A stretch of DNA of 64,000 bases, taken from assembly GCF_032444005.1 (NCBI RefSeq), contig NC_091287.1, forward strand, positions 452,538,001-452,602,000. Direction: 5' to 3'. This DNA is from Ranitomeya imitator. Lineage: Eukaryota. Position 1 is the stretch's first letter; each line of letters begins with the position of its first letter. A program made the position numbers and the translations under genes. Below, one piece after another: positions 27,236 to 38,254 of the stretch. The notes beneath the pieces are model-generated. The model had not been told where the DNA came from. It saw only the letters and a list, made by a program, of their open reading frames with translations, and did not search any database.

Positions 27236-28990
27236 TTTTTTATTTTCACAAGTGTAAAAAGAGAAAATGAACCAAAAAAATTTGTTGTTCAAATTCTCCC
27301 GAATACGCCGATACCCCATATGTGGGGGTAAACCAATGTTTGGGCGCACAGCAGAGCTTGGAAGAGGAGTGCTGTTTGACTTTTTCAATGCAGAATTGGC
27401 TGGAATTGAGATCGGACGCCATGTTGCATTTGGAGAGCCCCTGATGTGCCTAAACAGTGGAAACCCCCCACAAGTGACACCAGTTTAGAAACTAGACCCC
27501 TTAAGGAACTTATCTAGATGTGTGGTGAGAACTTTGAACCCCCAAGTGCTTCACAGAAATTTATAACGTAGAGCCGTGAAAATAAAAAAATCTTAGTTTT
27601 TTCTACAAAAATGATATTTTTGCCCCCAAATTTTTATTTTCACAAGGGTAACAGGAGAAATTAGACCACCAAAGCAGTTGTGAAATTTTTCCTGAGTATG
27701 CTGATACCCCACATGTTGGGGTAAACCACTGTTTGTGAGCAGAGCATGGGAGGGAAGGAGCGACATTTGACTTTTTCAATGCAGAATTGGCTGAAATTGA
27801 GATCAGACGCCATATCGCATTTGGAGAGCCCCTGATGTGCCTAGACAGTAGAAGCCCCCCACAAGTGACACCATTTTGGAAACTAGACCCCCCAAGGAGC
27901 TTATCTAGATGTGGTGAGCACTAAAAACCCTCAAGTATTTCACAGAAGTTTATAATGTAGAGCCATGAAAATAAAAAAATCATATTTTTTCCACAAAAAT
28001 GATCTTTTTACACCCAAATTTTTACTTTCACAAAGGTAACAGGGGAAATGGACCATGATATTTGTTGTGCTATTTATCCTGAGTACACTGAAACCCCATA
28101 TGTGGGGGTAAACTACAGTTTGGGTGCATGGCAGAGCTCGTAAGGGAAGGAGCGCAGTTTTGGAATGCAGACTTTGATAGTATGGTCTGCGGGCATCATG
28201 TTGCATTTGCAGAGCCCTTGATGTGCTTAAACAGTAGAAACCCCCACAAGTGACCCCATTTTAGAAACTAGACCCCCAAGGAACTTGTCTAGATGTGTTG
28301 TGTGAACTTCACAGAAGTTTATAACGTAGAGCTGTGAAAATAAAAAATAATTTTTTTCCACAAGAATGATATATTAGCCCGTATTTTTTAAATTTTCACA
28401 AGGGAAACAGGAGAAATTGGACCCCAAAAGTTGTTGTTCAATTTGTCCTGAGTACGCTGATACTCCATATGTAGGGGGACCACTGTTTGGGCACACGTCG
28501 GGGCTTGGAAGGGAAGTAGTGATGTTTTGGAATGCAGACTTTGCTGGAATGGTCTGCAGCTGTCATGTTGCGCTTGCAGAGCCCTTGATGTTCCTAAAGA
28601 TTAGAAACCCCCCACAAGTGACCCCATTTTGGAAACCAGACCCCCCAATGAACTTGTCTAGATATGTTGTGTGAACTTTGAACCCCCAGTTTATAACGCA
28701 GAGCAGTGAAAATAAAAAAAATATTTTCTTTTCCACAAAAATGATTTTTTAGCCCCCAATTTTTTTTTATTTTCACAAGGGTAACAGGAGAAACTGGACC
28801 ACCAAAGTTGTTGTCCAATTTGTCCTGAGTACGATGATGCCCCATATGTGGGGGTAAACCACTGTTTGGGGGCATGGCCGAGCTCAGAAGGGAGGGAGCA
28901 CCATTTGACTTTTTGACCGCAAAATTGGCTGGAATTAATGGTGGAGCCATGTCGTTTTTGGAGACCCCCTGATGTACTTAAACAGTGGAA
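27236..28990. repeat. Internal tandem array of about five 370-400 bp units
   Basis: The anchor TTTTCACAAG.GTAACAGGAGAAA recurs near 27240, 27635, 28020, 28390 and 28765. Confidence 0.85.
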
Positions 28991-28999
28991 ACCCCCCAA

Positions 29000-29394
29000 T
29001 TCTAACTCCAACCCTAACCCCAACATACTCATAACCCTAATCCCAACCCTAACCATAACTCTAATCACACCCCTAACCCAACACACTCCTAACCCTAATC
29101 CCAACCATAACCATAATCACAACACTAACCCCAACAAACCCCTAACCCTAATCACAACCCTAACCCTATTCACAACCCTAACCCCAACACACCCCTAACC
29201 CTAATCCCAACCCTAACCATAACCCTAATCCAAAACCTAACCCTAATCCCAAACCTAACCCTAACCCAACCGTAACCTTAATCCCAACCCTAATCCTAAC
29301 CCTAACCCTAATCCTAACCCTAACCCTAATCCCAACTCTAACCCTAACCTTAATTTTAGCCCTAACCCCAACTTTAGTCCAACTCTAACCCTAA
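29000..29394 (-). repeat. Degenerate telomere-like (CCCTAA)n/(TTAGGG)n tract
   Basis: Many exact CCCTAA units mixed with CCCCAA, CCATAA, TCCTAA and TCCCAA variants. Confidence 0.9.
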
Positions 29395-29983
29395 TGGGAA
29401 AATGGCAATACATTTTCTTTATTTTATTATTTGTCCCTAACTAAAGGGGTGATAAAGTAGGGGTTTGCTATTTTTTTTCATTTTGATCACTGTGATAGGG
29501 TTTATCACAGTGACCGAAATAAACCAATAGGAAAAATGTTCCTATTGTTGCTGGGTGTCAGCTGGCAGATCTCGGTGGGTGCATCATGCATGCACCCGCC
29601 ATTTTCTTCCCAGGAGAAGATGGCAGCGCCCATGGGGGAGGGAAGTAGGAGGCCCGAGGAGCACTGGGAGATACCAGGGGGGATCGGAGAACCTATTTCT
29701 CTTTACTCTGATGTGTGATCACATCAAAGGAGAGAGAAATTAAATGGCACATCAGCCTTTTTTTTGTGGTCTCCGCTATACGGTTAATAAAGGCGATCGC
29801 AAAACCGGGGTAGGTAAAAACCGACCCGAATCATGTTCTCTGGGGTCTCGGTGACCTGAGAGAAAATCTCACTCTGGGGGCGCTATACACTTTTTGCACA
29901 GCACCATTAATTAACGGCGCTGTGGTTTAAGTACCCTTAACTACTGACGTTAAAAGGTGTATCGGCGGTCTTTAATGGGTTAA

Positions 29984-30320
29984 AGAGGTTGTTCGTGCTT
30001 TACTCTATGTAACAAAAGACATACTGAACACCAGTAGGATTCTCTGGTCGCTGCGGTGAAAGTGGGAGGTCATGTGACCACGAGAATGAAATATGCATAC
30101 TTCTGGACACATTCCGACTAGACGTGTGCATCCTCCCTAAATACAAGTAAATTTTGTAAGGCTGCGTATTTAAGGTCAAAATGAGGCCAGATGAATACAT
30201 ATTGCATACTTCCGCTCACATGACTGCCCGCTCTCTCTGCCGACACCGGAGAATCCTGACACCGTGTCACATAGAGTGACTGCAGAGTTTTATCAAAAGA
30301 CCAGACAACCCTCACAGCAG
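29984..30320. mobile_element. T2/Kolobok-type MITE sharing its TTAA with the piggyBac end
   Basis: TTAA|AGAGGTTGT ... GACAACCCTC; the right TSD is not preserved. Confidence 0.55.
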
Positions 30321-31350
30321 TTATGGGCTTTACTGTAGACATATAACACTTAAAGTTTTAATGACTTACTGTGATAATCCAATTTTCTGTAAACAAATGT
30401 AGGCAATCCATGATTTTTTTGAAAAAAAAAATATCAAGTTGGCAACACTGGATGTGTGCAATATCTAAGACATTAAATATTTATAGATTGTGCCACGCAG
30501 GGAAATTAGACATATGTAAGCCAGGAATACAGTAAGTACATTCTGCAATGTCAATGGCTGTGGTGTGAGACCAGTTATTAGAGAACTTATGACAGATCAG
30601 CTCTGGGGAATCTGTGCTCTGGAGCCCAAGAGATCTAATAAAAGTGAAAGTCTGCAATTGGCTCCCCTGTGTCCTCGCAGGCATATGTAGACAGGATGGC
30701 CTTATTCAAAGCCTTAGGACTTGAAATTAAATATTTCACATATTATTGTGAACTTGTTAATTAATCACTATGTCACGATTCTTCATTCCTTATAAACTAA
30801 TTTTGTATTAAAAACAAACGTCACCAGAATTATTTTTTTATGCATTGAATGTTAGTAGGCAGGTGCCCTTTAAACGTTCACATATAAAACGTGCTTGTGT
30901 TGCCAGTCCTCGAAGCTGTGAAGAATATGTGCTAAATCAACACTTCACACCCTGACTGCTGTGAACCTCAGTTTTCCTGTTTTCCCTTTGCAGATCCTTT
31001 AACTAGATCCTTTGGGGCTTTCCATTTCCTTAAAACAATTTGATCCAAGGTAATTGCCAGATACAGTAGATACAACTTACAAGCTGGCAACTAGTCTCAA
31101 CAATCCTGACTAACGCGCAGATATGACTAATACTATATGTATACATTTCATAATATATTTGTGTGTGTGCGTGTGTATATGTCTATTTATGAGCTAATAT
31201 GTCACACATTGCTAGATTCTGGATAAAAGGGAAATAATGTACAAAAAAATAAAGAGCTGTAGAGACATATTCATGTGTTGAAAAATAAAAAGACAAGGGA
31301 AGAACAAAAGAAAAATCAGTAATGGTACATAATGTCCTGTCTGATATTAA

Positions 31351-31651
31351 AGGGATTGTCTGCTCCAAATCGATAAGTCTGCAGTCACTGTGTGTAGCTG
31401 CAGACTTATGAATCCCGCCAGCGCATTTGCTAGTTTCTGAGCGGGGAGGGTATGTATGAGTTATACGTACTCCCGCCCGTGGGCGAGCCTTGCTTCCATA
31501 CACTTGTATAGTTGGCCACGCCGTCTACATGGTCACATCACTACACAGGGGGCGGCCTCGCTCAATACAAGTGTATGGAATGCGGTCACGCCCACTAGAT
31601 GGGCCCTGGCCAGGAGTATGAAAGCTTATCATTTTGGACCGGACAACCCCT
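31351..31651. mobile_element. T2/Kolobok-type MITE
   Basis: TTAA|AGGGATTGTC ... GACAACCCCT|TTAA. Confidence 0.8.
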
Positions 31652-31655
31652 TTAA

Positions 31656-32350
31656 TCCCTTAATGACCAGTGGTAATTTTGATTTTGCATTTTCATTTTT
31701 TTGCTCCCCTTCTTCCCAGAGTCATAGGTTTTTTATTTTTTAGTCAAAATGGCCATGTGAGGGTTTGTTTTATTATTACGATTCTCCAGGTCGTTACAAG
31801 TTGATAGACACCAAAGATGTCTAGGTTTTTTCTTATTTAAGTGGTGGAAAAAAATTCTAAAGTTTGTTTTAAAAAAAATGTAAAAAAATTTGTGCCATTT
31901 TCTGATACCCATAGCGTCTACATTTTTCATGATCTTGGGTTGGGTGAGGGCTAAATTTTTGTGTGCCAAGCTGACGTTTTTAATGATACCATTTCGGTGC
32001 AGATATGATCTTTTGATCGCCCATTATTGCACTTAATGCAATGTTGTGGCAACCCCCAAAAAAACTAATTCTGGCCTTTTGACATTTTTTTCTCATTACA
32101 CAGTTTAACAATCAGGTTAATTCTTTTTTATAGTGATAGGTGGGGTGATTCTGAACGCAGTAATACCAAATATCTGTAGGTTTAATTTTTTTTTTTACTT
32201 AGAAAGGGGGGTGATTTGAACTTTTATATATATATTTTTTTTTTTATATATTTTTTAAAACATTTTTTTTTACTTTTGGCATGCTTAAATAGTTTCCATG
32301 GGAGACTAGAAGCTGCCATAATCCGATTGGCTCTGCTACTTACAGGCAAT
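31656..32350. mobile_element. piggyBac-type non-autonomous fragment (left part)
   Basis: TTAA|TCCCTTAATGACC start, similar in style to the 26598 element; the right end was not found. Confidence 0.55.
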
Positions 32351-32370
32351 AATCAGATCACTTGCTATGA

Positions 32371-32421
32371 GCTCTGTCCACCTGACGAAGGCAGCGTGCC
32401 GAAACACGCGTTGGGGAGGAC
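32371..32421 (+). ncRNA. Hammerhead-ribozyme-like motif in a Penelope-like fragment (about 32350-32570)
   Basis: GTCCAC CTGACGA A GGCA-GCG-TGCC GAAAC ACGCGT TGGGGAGGAC: conserved core, stem II hairpin, palindromic ACGCGT, and possible GTCC/GGAC stem I. Confidence 0.65.
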
Positions 32422-32577
32422 GCCATCCAGGAAAGAGAAACCTCTATTATTTTAGTGAGTATTACTTCTCCATTGTTGGATTTATTTTATGCAATTATCT
32501 ACAGTCTCTCTCTATACAATTGGATTCAAGTCAGGACTTTAACTATGCCATTCCAGTCTTAATTTTGTTTTTCTTAA

Positions 32578-33774
32578 CCCTGCTGTTCTGTTCAGGTCAT
32601 AGTGACCCGAACAGACTTTTTGCGGCCCTGTAGATTTTTTTCTGTAAGTCTCTAAAACTTGAGACTCCTTGACTTTTCCTCATTTGGGGGGACCTACCTA
32701 TGAGTATTTTTTTTTTTTCGTTTACTTTTTGCTACGCGCAAAAAGTTACACTTGTTGTGTTCGGGTCATAGCGACCCGACATCGTTTTTTACAGCTGTGA
32801 GTCCATATTTTCAGTGAAATAAAGGAGTTATGACCTCAGTTGGGTCTATTTATTGCATCTACTAATGTATATCAATTGATTTATTTCCTAAATTATTTCA
32901 ATGGGGTCATACACGCGCTCTACCGGGGGTATGCATTGAGATCTGTGCACCATAAAAATGGCTTTATATTGATTATTTTTGGTGCGCAGTCTATTCTAAA
33001 ATGTTGAGTGCATCCGGAGAGATCACTAGGTGTGCACTACACGTGTATATTATGCGCAGAACGGACTGCTCAGAACGCGCTGTCTAAGTCGTTGTTTTTT
33101 TTTGAAAAGCTGAGCTGTAAAGTCTTGCAAATAATTTTTTTTTGCTAAGTAAGTCTGTCTTCCTGGCTTATCTGCTTGTTTTCAGAAGGGTTCTTATCTT
33201 CTCTGCTCTTATCAGTACACATATGCTAGCCCAGACATGTTACCTTTCAGTTTCTTTGGAGAGCAGCTGTGTGCTTCTACCCCCATGGCCTCTTCCGGCA
33301 TCAAAAGAAAAAGATGCAGCTATTGCCCTTCTACTTGTGACAACAAGACGAGTATAACATGTTCTGGCTGTAAAACATTTCTATGTAAAAATCATGTGTA
33401 TTGTTTTTCATGCAAGAATCCGTAAATTTATATGATCATGTAAATATATTCACATTGTAATGTTTATTATCTTTAATTTTTTATCACAAAATGTTTGATT
33501 TGATTGTTTTGTTTTTTTTACAAAATATGTGTAGTTTTCTATTTTCGTTTTGCTCTTTGGATGGATCTGTTTTTTCAGAATAAAAACAAAAAAAAAAGAT
33601 TTCTAGTTCATTTTTCTTTTTTTTTTTACTACCAAACATGTTCACAAACAGTCTAGTAAGCAAAAAGTATAAAAAAAATGGAGTTAGATTGTCTAAAATC
33701 AAGGTTTAATAAGCCGGGTCATAGTGACCCGGAACACTACAAGTGTATAAGTAAATGCGACCAAAACAGCAGGG
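32578..33774 (+). mobile_element. Internally deleted piggyBac transposon retaining the transposase C-terminal Cys-rich domain
   Basis: TTAA|CCCTGCTGTT ... AACAGCAGGG|TTAA. Three palindromic GGTCATAG(T/C)GACC motifs near 32594, 32763 and 33717. ORF 33237-33425 encodes KRKRCSYCPSTCDNKTSITCSGCKTFLCKNH. Confidence 0.85.
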
Positions 33775-33778
33775 TTAA

Positions 33779-34697
33779 GCCATTCAGACGTGAACTTGCT
33801 GCTGTGTTTTGGATCATTATCCTGCAGCATAACCCAAGTTCGCTTCAGCTTGAGGTCATGAACAAATAGTTGGACAGGATTTTTTGGTAAACAGCAGAAT
33901 TCATGGTTCCATTTACCACAGCAAGTCTTCTAGGTCCTAAAGCAGCAAAACAGCCCCAGACCATCCCACTACCACCACCATATTTTTCTGTTGGTATGAT
34001 GATCCTTTCCTGAAATGCTGTGTTACAATGGGACATACACCTTCCAAAAAGTTCAAATTTTATTTCATAAGTGCACAGAGTAGTCTCCTAAAAGTCTTGG
34101 TGACCATCAAGATGTTTTCTGGCAAAACTGAGACAAACCTTTATGTTCTTATTGCTCAGCAGTGGTTTCTTTCTTATGGTGGAGTCATGAACAGTGACGT
34201 TAACTGAGGCAAGTGAAGCCTGCAGTTCTTTGGATGTTGTTGTGGGGTCTTTTTTAACCTCTTGTCTAGTCATTAATGTGCTCTTGGGGTAATTTTGGTC
34301 TGCCAGCCACACCTGGGAAAGTTTACCACTGTTCCGTGTTTTTGCATTTGTGTATAATGGCTCTCACTGTGGTTCATTGGAGTCCTTTTTGACCTTTTTC
34401 AGACTTATAAATATCAAATTCTTTGTTTTCATTTGTTCTAGAATTTCTTTGGATCGCCCCATATTTTCTAGCTTTTGAGGATCTTTTAGTCTACTTCATT
34501 TTGTCAGGCAGGTCCTATTTAAGTGTTGTTTTTTTTTTTATTGAGAACAGGTATAGCAGTAATCAGGCCTGGTTGTGGCTAGGGAATTTGGAGTCAGCTT
34601 CCCAAAGATATGATAAACAACAGTTAATTTATGCTTTAAAGAGGTGGGGGGATCAATTTTTAGCACAGGGCCCTGTAGGTTTGGATTTCTTTTTTCC
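33779..34697 (-). mobile_element. Deleted Tc1 fragment
   Basis: Minus-strand EKYGGGSGMVWGCFAALGPRRLAVVNGTMNSAVYQKIL and DPTTTSKELQASLASVNVTVHDSTIRK; truncated at a TTAA where a T2-MITE fragment begins. Confidence 0.8.
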
Positions 34698-35446
34698 TTA
34701 AAGGGACTCTGTCACCTGAATTTGGAGGGAACAATCTTCAGCCATAGGGGCGGGGTTTTCGGGTGTTTGATTCACCCTTTCCTTACCCGCCGGCTGCATG
34801 CTGGCTGCAATATTGGATTGAAGTTCATTCTCTGTCCTCCGTAGTACATGCCTGCACAAGGCAAGCTGGGTAACTACACCGCGGTGTACAGTGTCTCTTT
34901 AATGTTCAACTCACAGCAATACCCAGTACACGATATTATCCGGATCACAGCCATGAACCTTATTCTCCAGTTTGCAGCCAATAAACATGCCAGTCCACCT
35001 CCTGAGACCAGTTGCCGTGGGTGAATGCACTGCTGTGTACGCATTGGGTGCCAGGCCCTTCAGCTCCCTTAGCTGTTTGGCTTCACTTGCCTGTTTTGCC
35101 TCACACAGGTGGAGCTCTGCTGAGCCTTCTGCTCTGTACTCCTTCAAACACCAGACTGGCACTGACTCTGAACCTGAAACCTTCAACCATATGGAAAACC
35201 CGGCCAGGAATGAAATGGACTGCACCACTACCACACTGTAGTCCATTTCAAAACACAAAAGCCCAGAACAGTGTTCTTAAATCTGCCTTCGACAAATAGT
35301 TTGCCCAAGACTAACACTTACTACGCCGGTGACTGCATTGCACTCCCATGGCCTCAATACACCTCCGTGTGGATCCTGGAGGGGAACACAAAGTGACCCC
35401 TACATGTGACACCGGTCACTGCCTCACCATACACATATATACATAC

Positions 35447-35872
35447 TGTGAGGAGTTGACTCACCCCGCTCCTCCCAGAAGTAGACATAGGAACAATTCT
35501 TGTGGTAAATCAACTGCTAGCTTATTATGGAACAGCATAAACCATAGCAGCAAAGTAAACTCAGACCACCATGTGTCTTCAGGTCTACCTGGAGCCACAT
35601 CTGGAGTCTCTCCTCTGAAAACCACAACCAGAGAAGAAAAAACAGTGGGTGTGCAGTTAACATCCCAGACACACCCTTGAGGTGGCAATAAGGTGAGTAG
35701 GAGTCCCGTCCATCTCTTACCTACTCACTTACAAACCCGTTCCATAACATGGCTAATTAACTCCTTCAGCATATAGCATGCTGGAGAGAAATTTATGGGT
35801 TTCTAGATGACAGATGAAAGCAATCTTCATGACACATATCTCCCCTCACGTAAAGTGTCAGTGACCCTCACA
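35447..35872. mobile_element. Solo LTR, 426 bp
   Basis: Termini TGTGAGG ... CCTCACA with 4-bp TSD ATAC (35443-35446, 35873-35876). Confidence 0.7.
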
Positions 35873-35887
35873 ATACATATACTTATA

Positions 35888-36139
35888 TATAATAATAATA
35901 ATCTTTATTTTTATATAGCGCTAACATATTCCGCAGCGCTTTACAGTTTGCACACATTATCATTACTGTCCCCGATGGGGCTCACAATCTAGAATCCCTA
36001 TCAAATGCCTTTGCAAATGTCTTTGCACTGTGGGAGGAAACCCACGCAAACACGGAGAGAACATACAAACTCTTTGTCAGATGTTGTCCTGGGTGGGATT
36101 AGAACCCAGGACCCCAGCGCTGCAAGGCTGCAGTGCTAT
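35888..36139 (-). mobile_element. tRNA-derived SINE with L2-type tail, cut by the gap
   Basis: The minus strand reads TAGCACTGCAGCCTTGCAGCGCTGGGGTCCTGGGTTCTAATCCC (B-box-like head) and ends in the L2-type tail with (TTA)n. Confidence 0.8.
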
Positions 36140-36349
36140 NNNNNNNNNNNNNNNNNNNNNNNNNNNNNNNNNNNNNNNNNNNNNNNNNNNNNNNNNNNNN
36201 NNNNNNNNNNNNNNNNNNNNNNNNNNNNNNNNNNNNNNNNNNNNNNNNNNNNNNNNNNNNNNNNNNNNNNNNNNNNNNNNNNNNNNNNNNNNNNNNNNNN
36301 NNNNNNNNNNNNNNNNNNNNNNNNNNNNNNNNNNNNNNNNNNNNNNNNN
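36140..36349. other. Assembly gap, 210 N
   Basis: Run of N in the sequence. Confidence 1.
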
Positions 36350-37448
36350 TACATCAATTGTTGCACAGCCATCCTACATTTAATAGTATATACGGAGTGG
36401 ACAGGACACGGTAATCTATTCTAATTATGGCATGCACATATATTGTAACGAGGTTCTGTCCGTGGCCACCTGGTATCTGTAAAAATGGCTACCATGGACA
36501 GGCTTAGTCATTCTGTTTACCAGATCCAAGGGGTTGCCCTGGCTTTCCCCCTTTAATCCCTGTACGTACAGAGATCTCGACTGCACATCTGTATTACAGT
36601 TTATGGTCACCTCTTGACTTCATTAGTCGACTCAGATGTAATATTACATATTTCACTGGTCATGTGGATGTGCCAGCAGTTGTGAGCTAAATGAGCAGAT
36701 ATTTTATACTAACGCTTACTAAGGGGCTCTGTAAAACTATAGTGCCTCTATTAGACTCCATAAGGACGGAAACACCTTCTTCTAAAAGTAAAGCTAAAGT
36801 AATTCAAATTACATGAAATCTTTCACCATTAAAATGCATTTTAATCAGCAGGCACCATGTTATAGAGCAGGTAGGGCGGAGTAGACCGATATATAGTTTT
36901 GTAAGAAAAGATTCAGTATAACCTGTTTTTCACCATTTAATCCTCTGCTCTTTTCTGGATTCTCGCTCCTGTGGGTGGTCCTATCAGTGATTGACAGTTG
37001 TCTCTCAATACACACTTATACATAGACAGCTGTCAGTCACTGGACCACACACGGCCCGAGAATCCTAGAAAGAGCAAAAGGATTAAATTATGAAAAACGG
37101 GTTATACTGAATATTTTCTCACAAAACTACTGTATATACTCGTGTATAAGCCGAGTTTCTCAGCACATTCATAGGCATGGAGAGAGGTGAATATTTATTC
37201 CCTTAATGAGCACAGGAGCTGCTGGCACCGGAATGAGATGCTGCAAGGGAAGGTAAGTAGGATGGTTTTTTTATGCCTTTCTCACGGGGGGCCATATGTT
37301 GTGAATTCTGTGGCCAAGCTCCCTCCTGTGGTCGAGAGTGGTACTTCGGCTGGTTCTGTCTATGAGCTTCCTTTGGTGGATGAGAGTGGTACTGCGGCTT
37401 CTGAGTTTCCTTCCTCAGGTGATGAGGTTAAGTCGTTAGGTGCTGCTC

Positions 37449-37487
37449 TATTTAACTCCACCTGGTGCTTTGATCCTGGCCTCCAGT
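37449..37487 (+). promoter_or_regulatory. LTR TATA box and predicted transcription start (self-primer)
   Basis: TATTTAA at 37449-37455. GGCCTCCAGT at 37478-37487 is the exact reverse complement of ACTGGAGGCC at 38117-38126, just after the LTR. Confidence 0.7.
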
Positions 37488-38254
37488 CAATGTTCTAGTA
37501 TTGGTCTTGCTTCCTCCTGGATCGTTCCTGTGGCCTGTCTATCCTGCATAAGCTAAGTTTTGCTTGTGTTATTTTTGTTTGCTATTTTTTCTGTCCAGCT
37601 TGCTATATTGGTTTTTCTTGCTTGCTGGAAGCTCTGAGACGCAGAGGGAGCACCTCCGTACCGTTAGTCGATGCGGAGGGTCTTTTTGCCCCTCTGCGTG
37701 GTTGTTTGTAGGTTTTTGTGTTGACCGCAAAGCTATCTTTCCTATCCTCAGTCTATTCAGTAAGTCGGGCCTCACTTTGCTAAATCTATTTCATCTCTGT
37801 GTTTGTATTTTCATCTTTACTCACAGTCATTATATGTGGGGGGCTGCCTTTTCCTTTGGGGAATTTCTCTGAGGCAAGGTAGGCTTATTTTTCTATCTTC
37901 AGGGCTAGTTAGTTTCTCAGGCTGTGCCGAGTTGCATAGGGAGCGTTAGGCGCAATCCACGGCTACCTCTAGTGTGGTGTGATAGGATTAGGGATTGCGG
38001 TCAGCAGAGTTCCCACGTCTCAGAGCTCATCCTATGTTTTTGGTAATTGTCATGTCACTTTGTGTGCTCTGAACTTCAATGTCCATTGTGGTTCTGAATT
38101 ACCTGTTCATAACAGTACTGGAGGCCCAAAGTACTAATGCTTCTCAATAGAGGGAAAAGAGAAGTTCTGAGACCATTTTTTTTTTCTTTGCACTGTGTTC
38201 TGTCTTTCTTTTCCCCTTTACATCAGGGTGGTTCAGAACACAGGTGTGGACATG

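Larger units (their letters stand above)
26598..29979. mobile_element. Non-autonomous piggyBac-type element
   Basis: TTAA|CCCCTTAGTGACGG ... CGGTCTTTAATGGG|TTAA. No transposase; the interior holds tandem repeats and a telomere-like tract. Confidence 0.8.

Noticed and set aside
28691-29198. ORFs with NPNPNP or LGLGLG repeats
   Set aside because: Translations of the (CCCTAA)n tract.
36121-36139. tRNA-like sequence beside the gap
   Set aside because: It is the head of a SINE with an L2-type tail; no complete cloverleaf is visible.
36005-36424. ORFs spanning poly-X
   Set aside because: Artefacts of the 210-N assembly gap.
37187-37872. ORFs of 103 and 102 aa, repeated at 42580-42888
   Set aside because: Chance frames within the chromovirus LTRs; the first is just the LTR-encoded tail of pol seen again in the 5' LTR.
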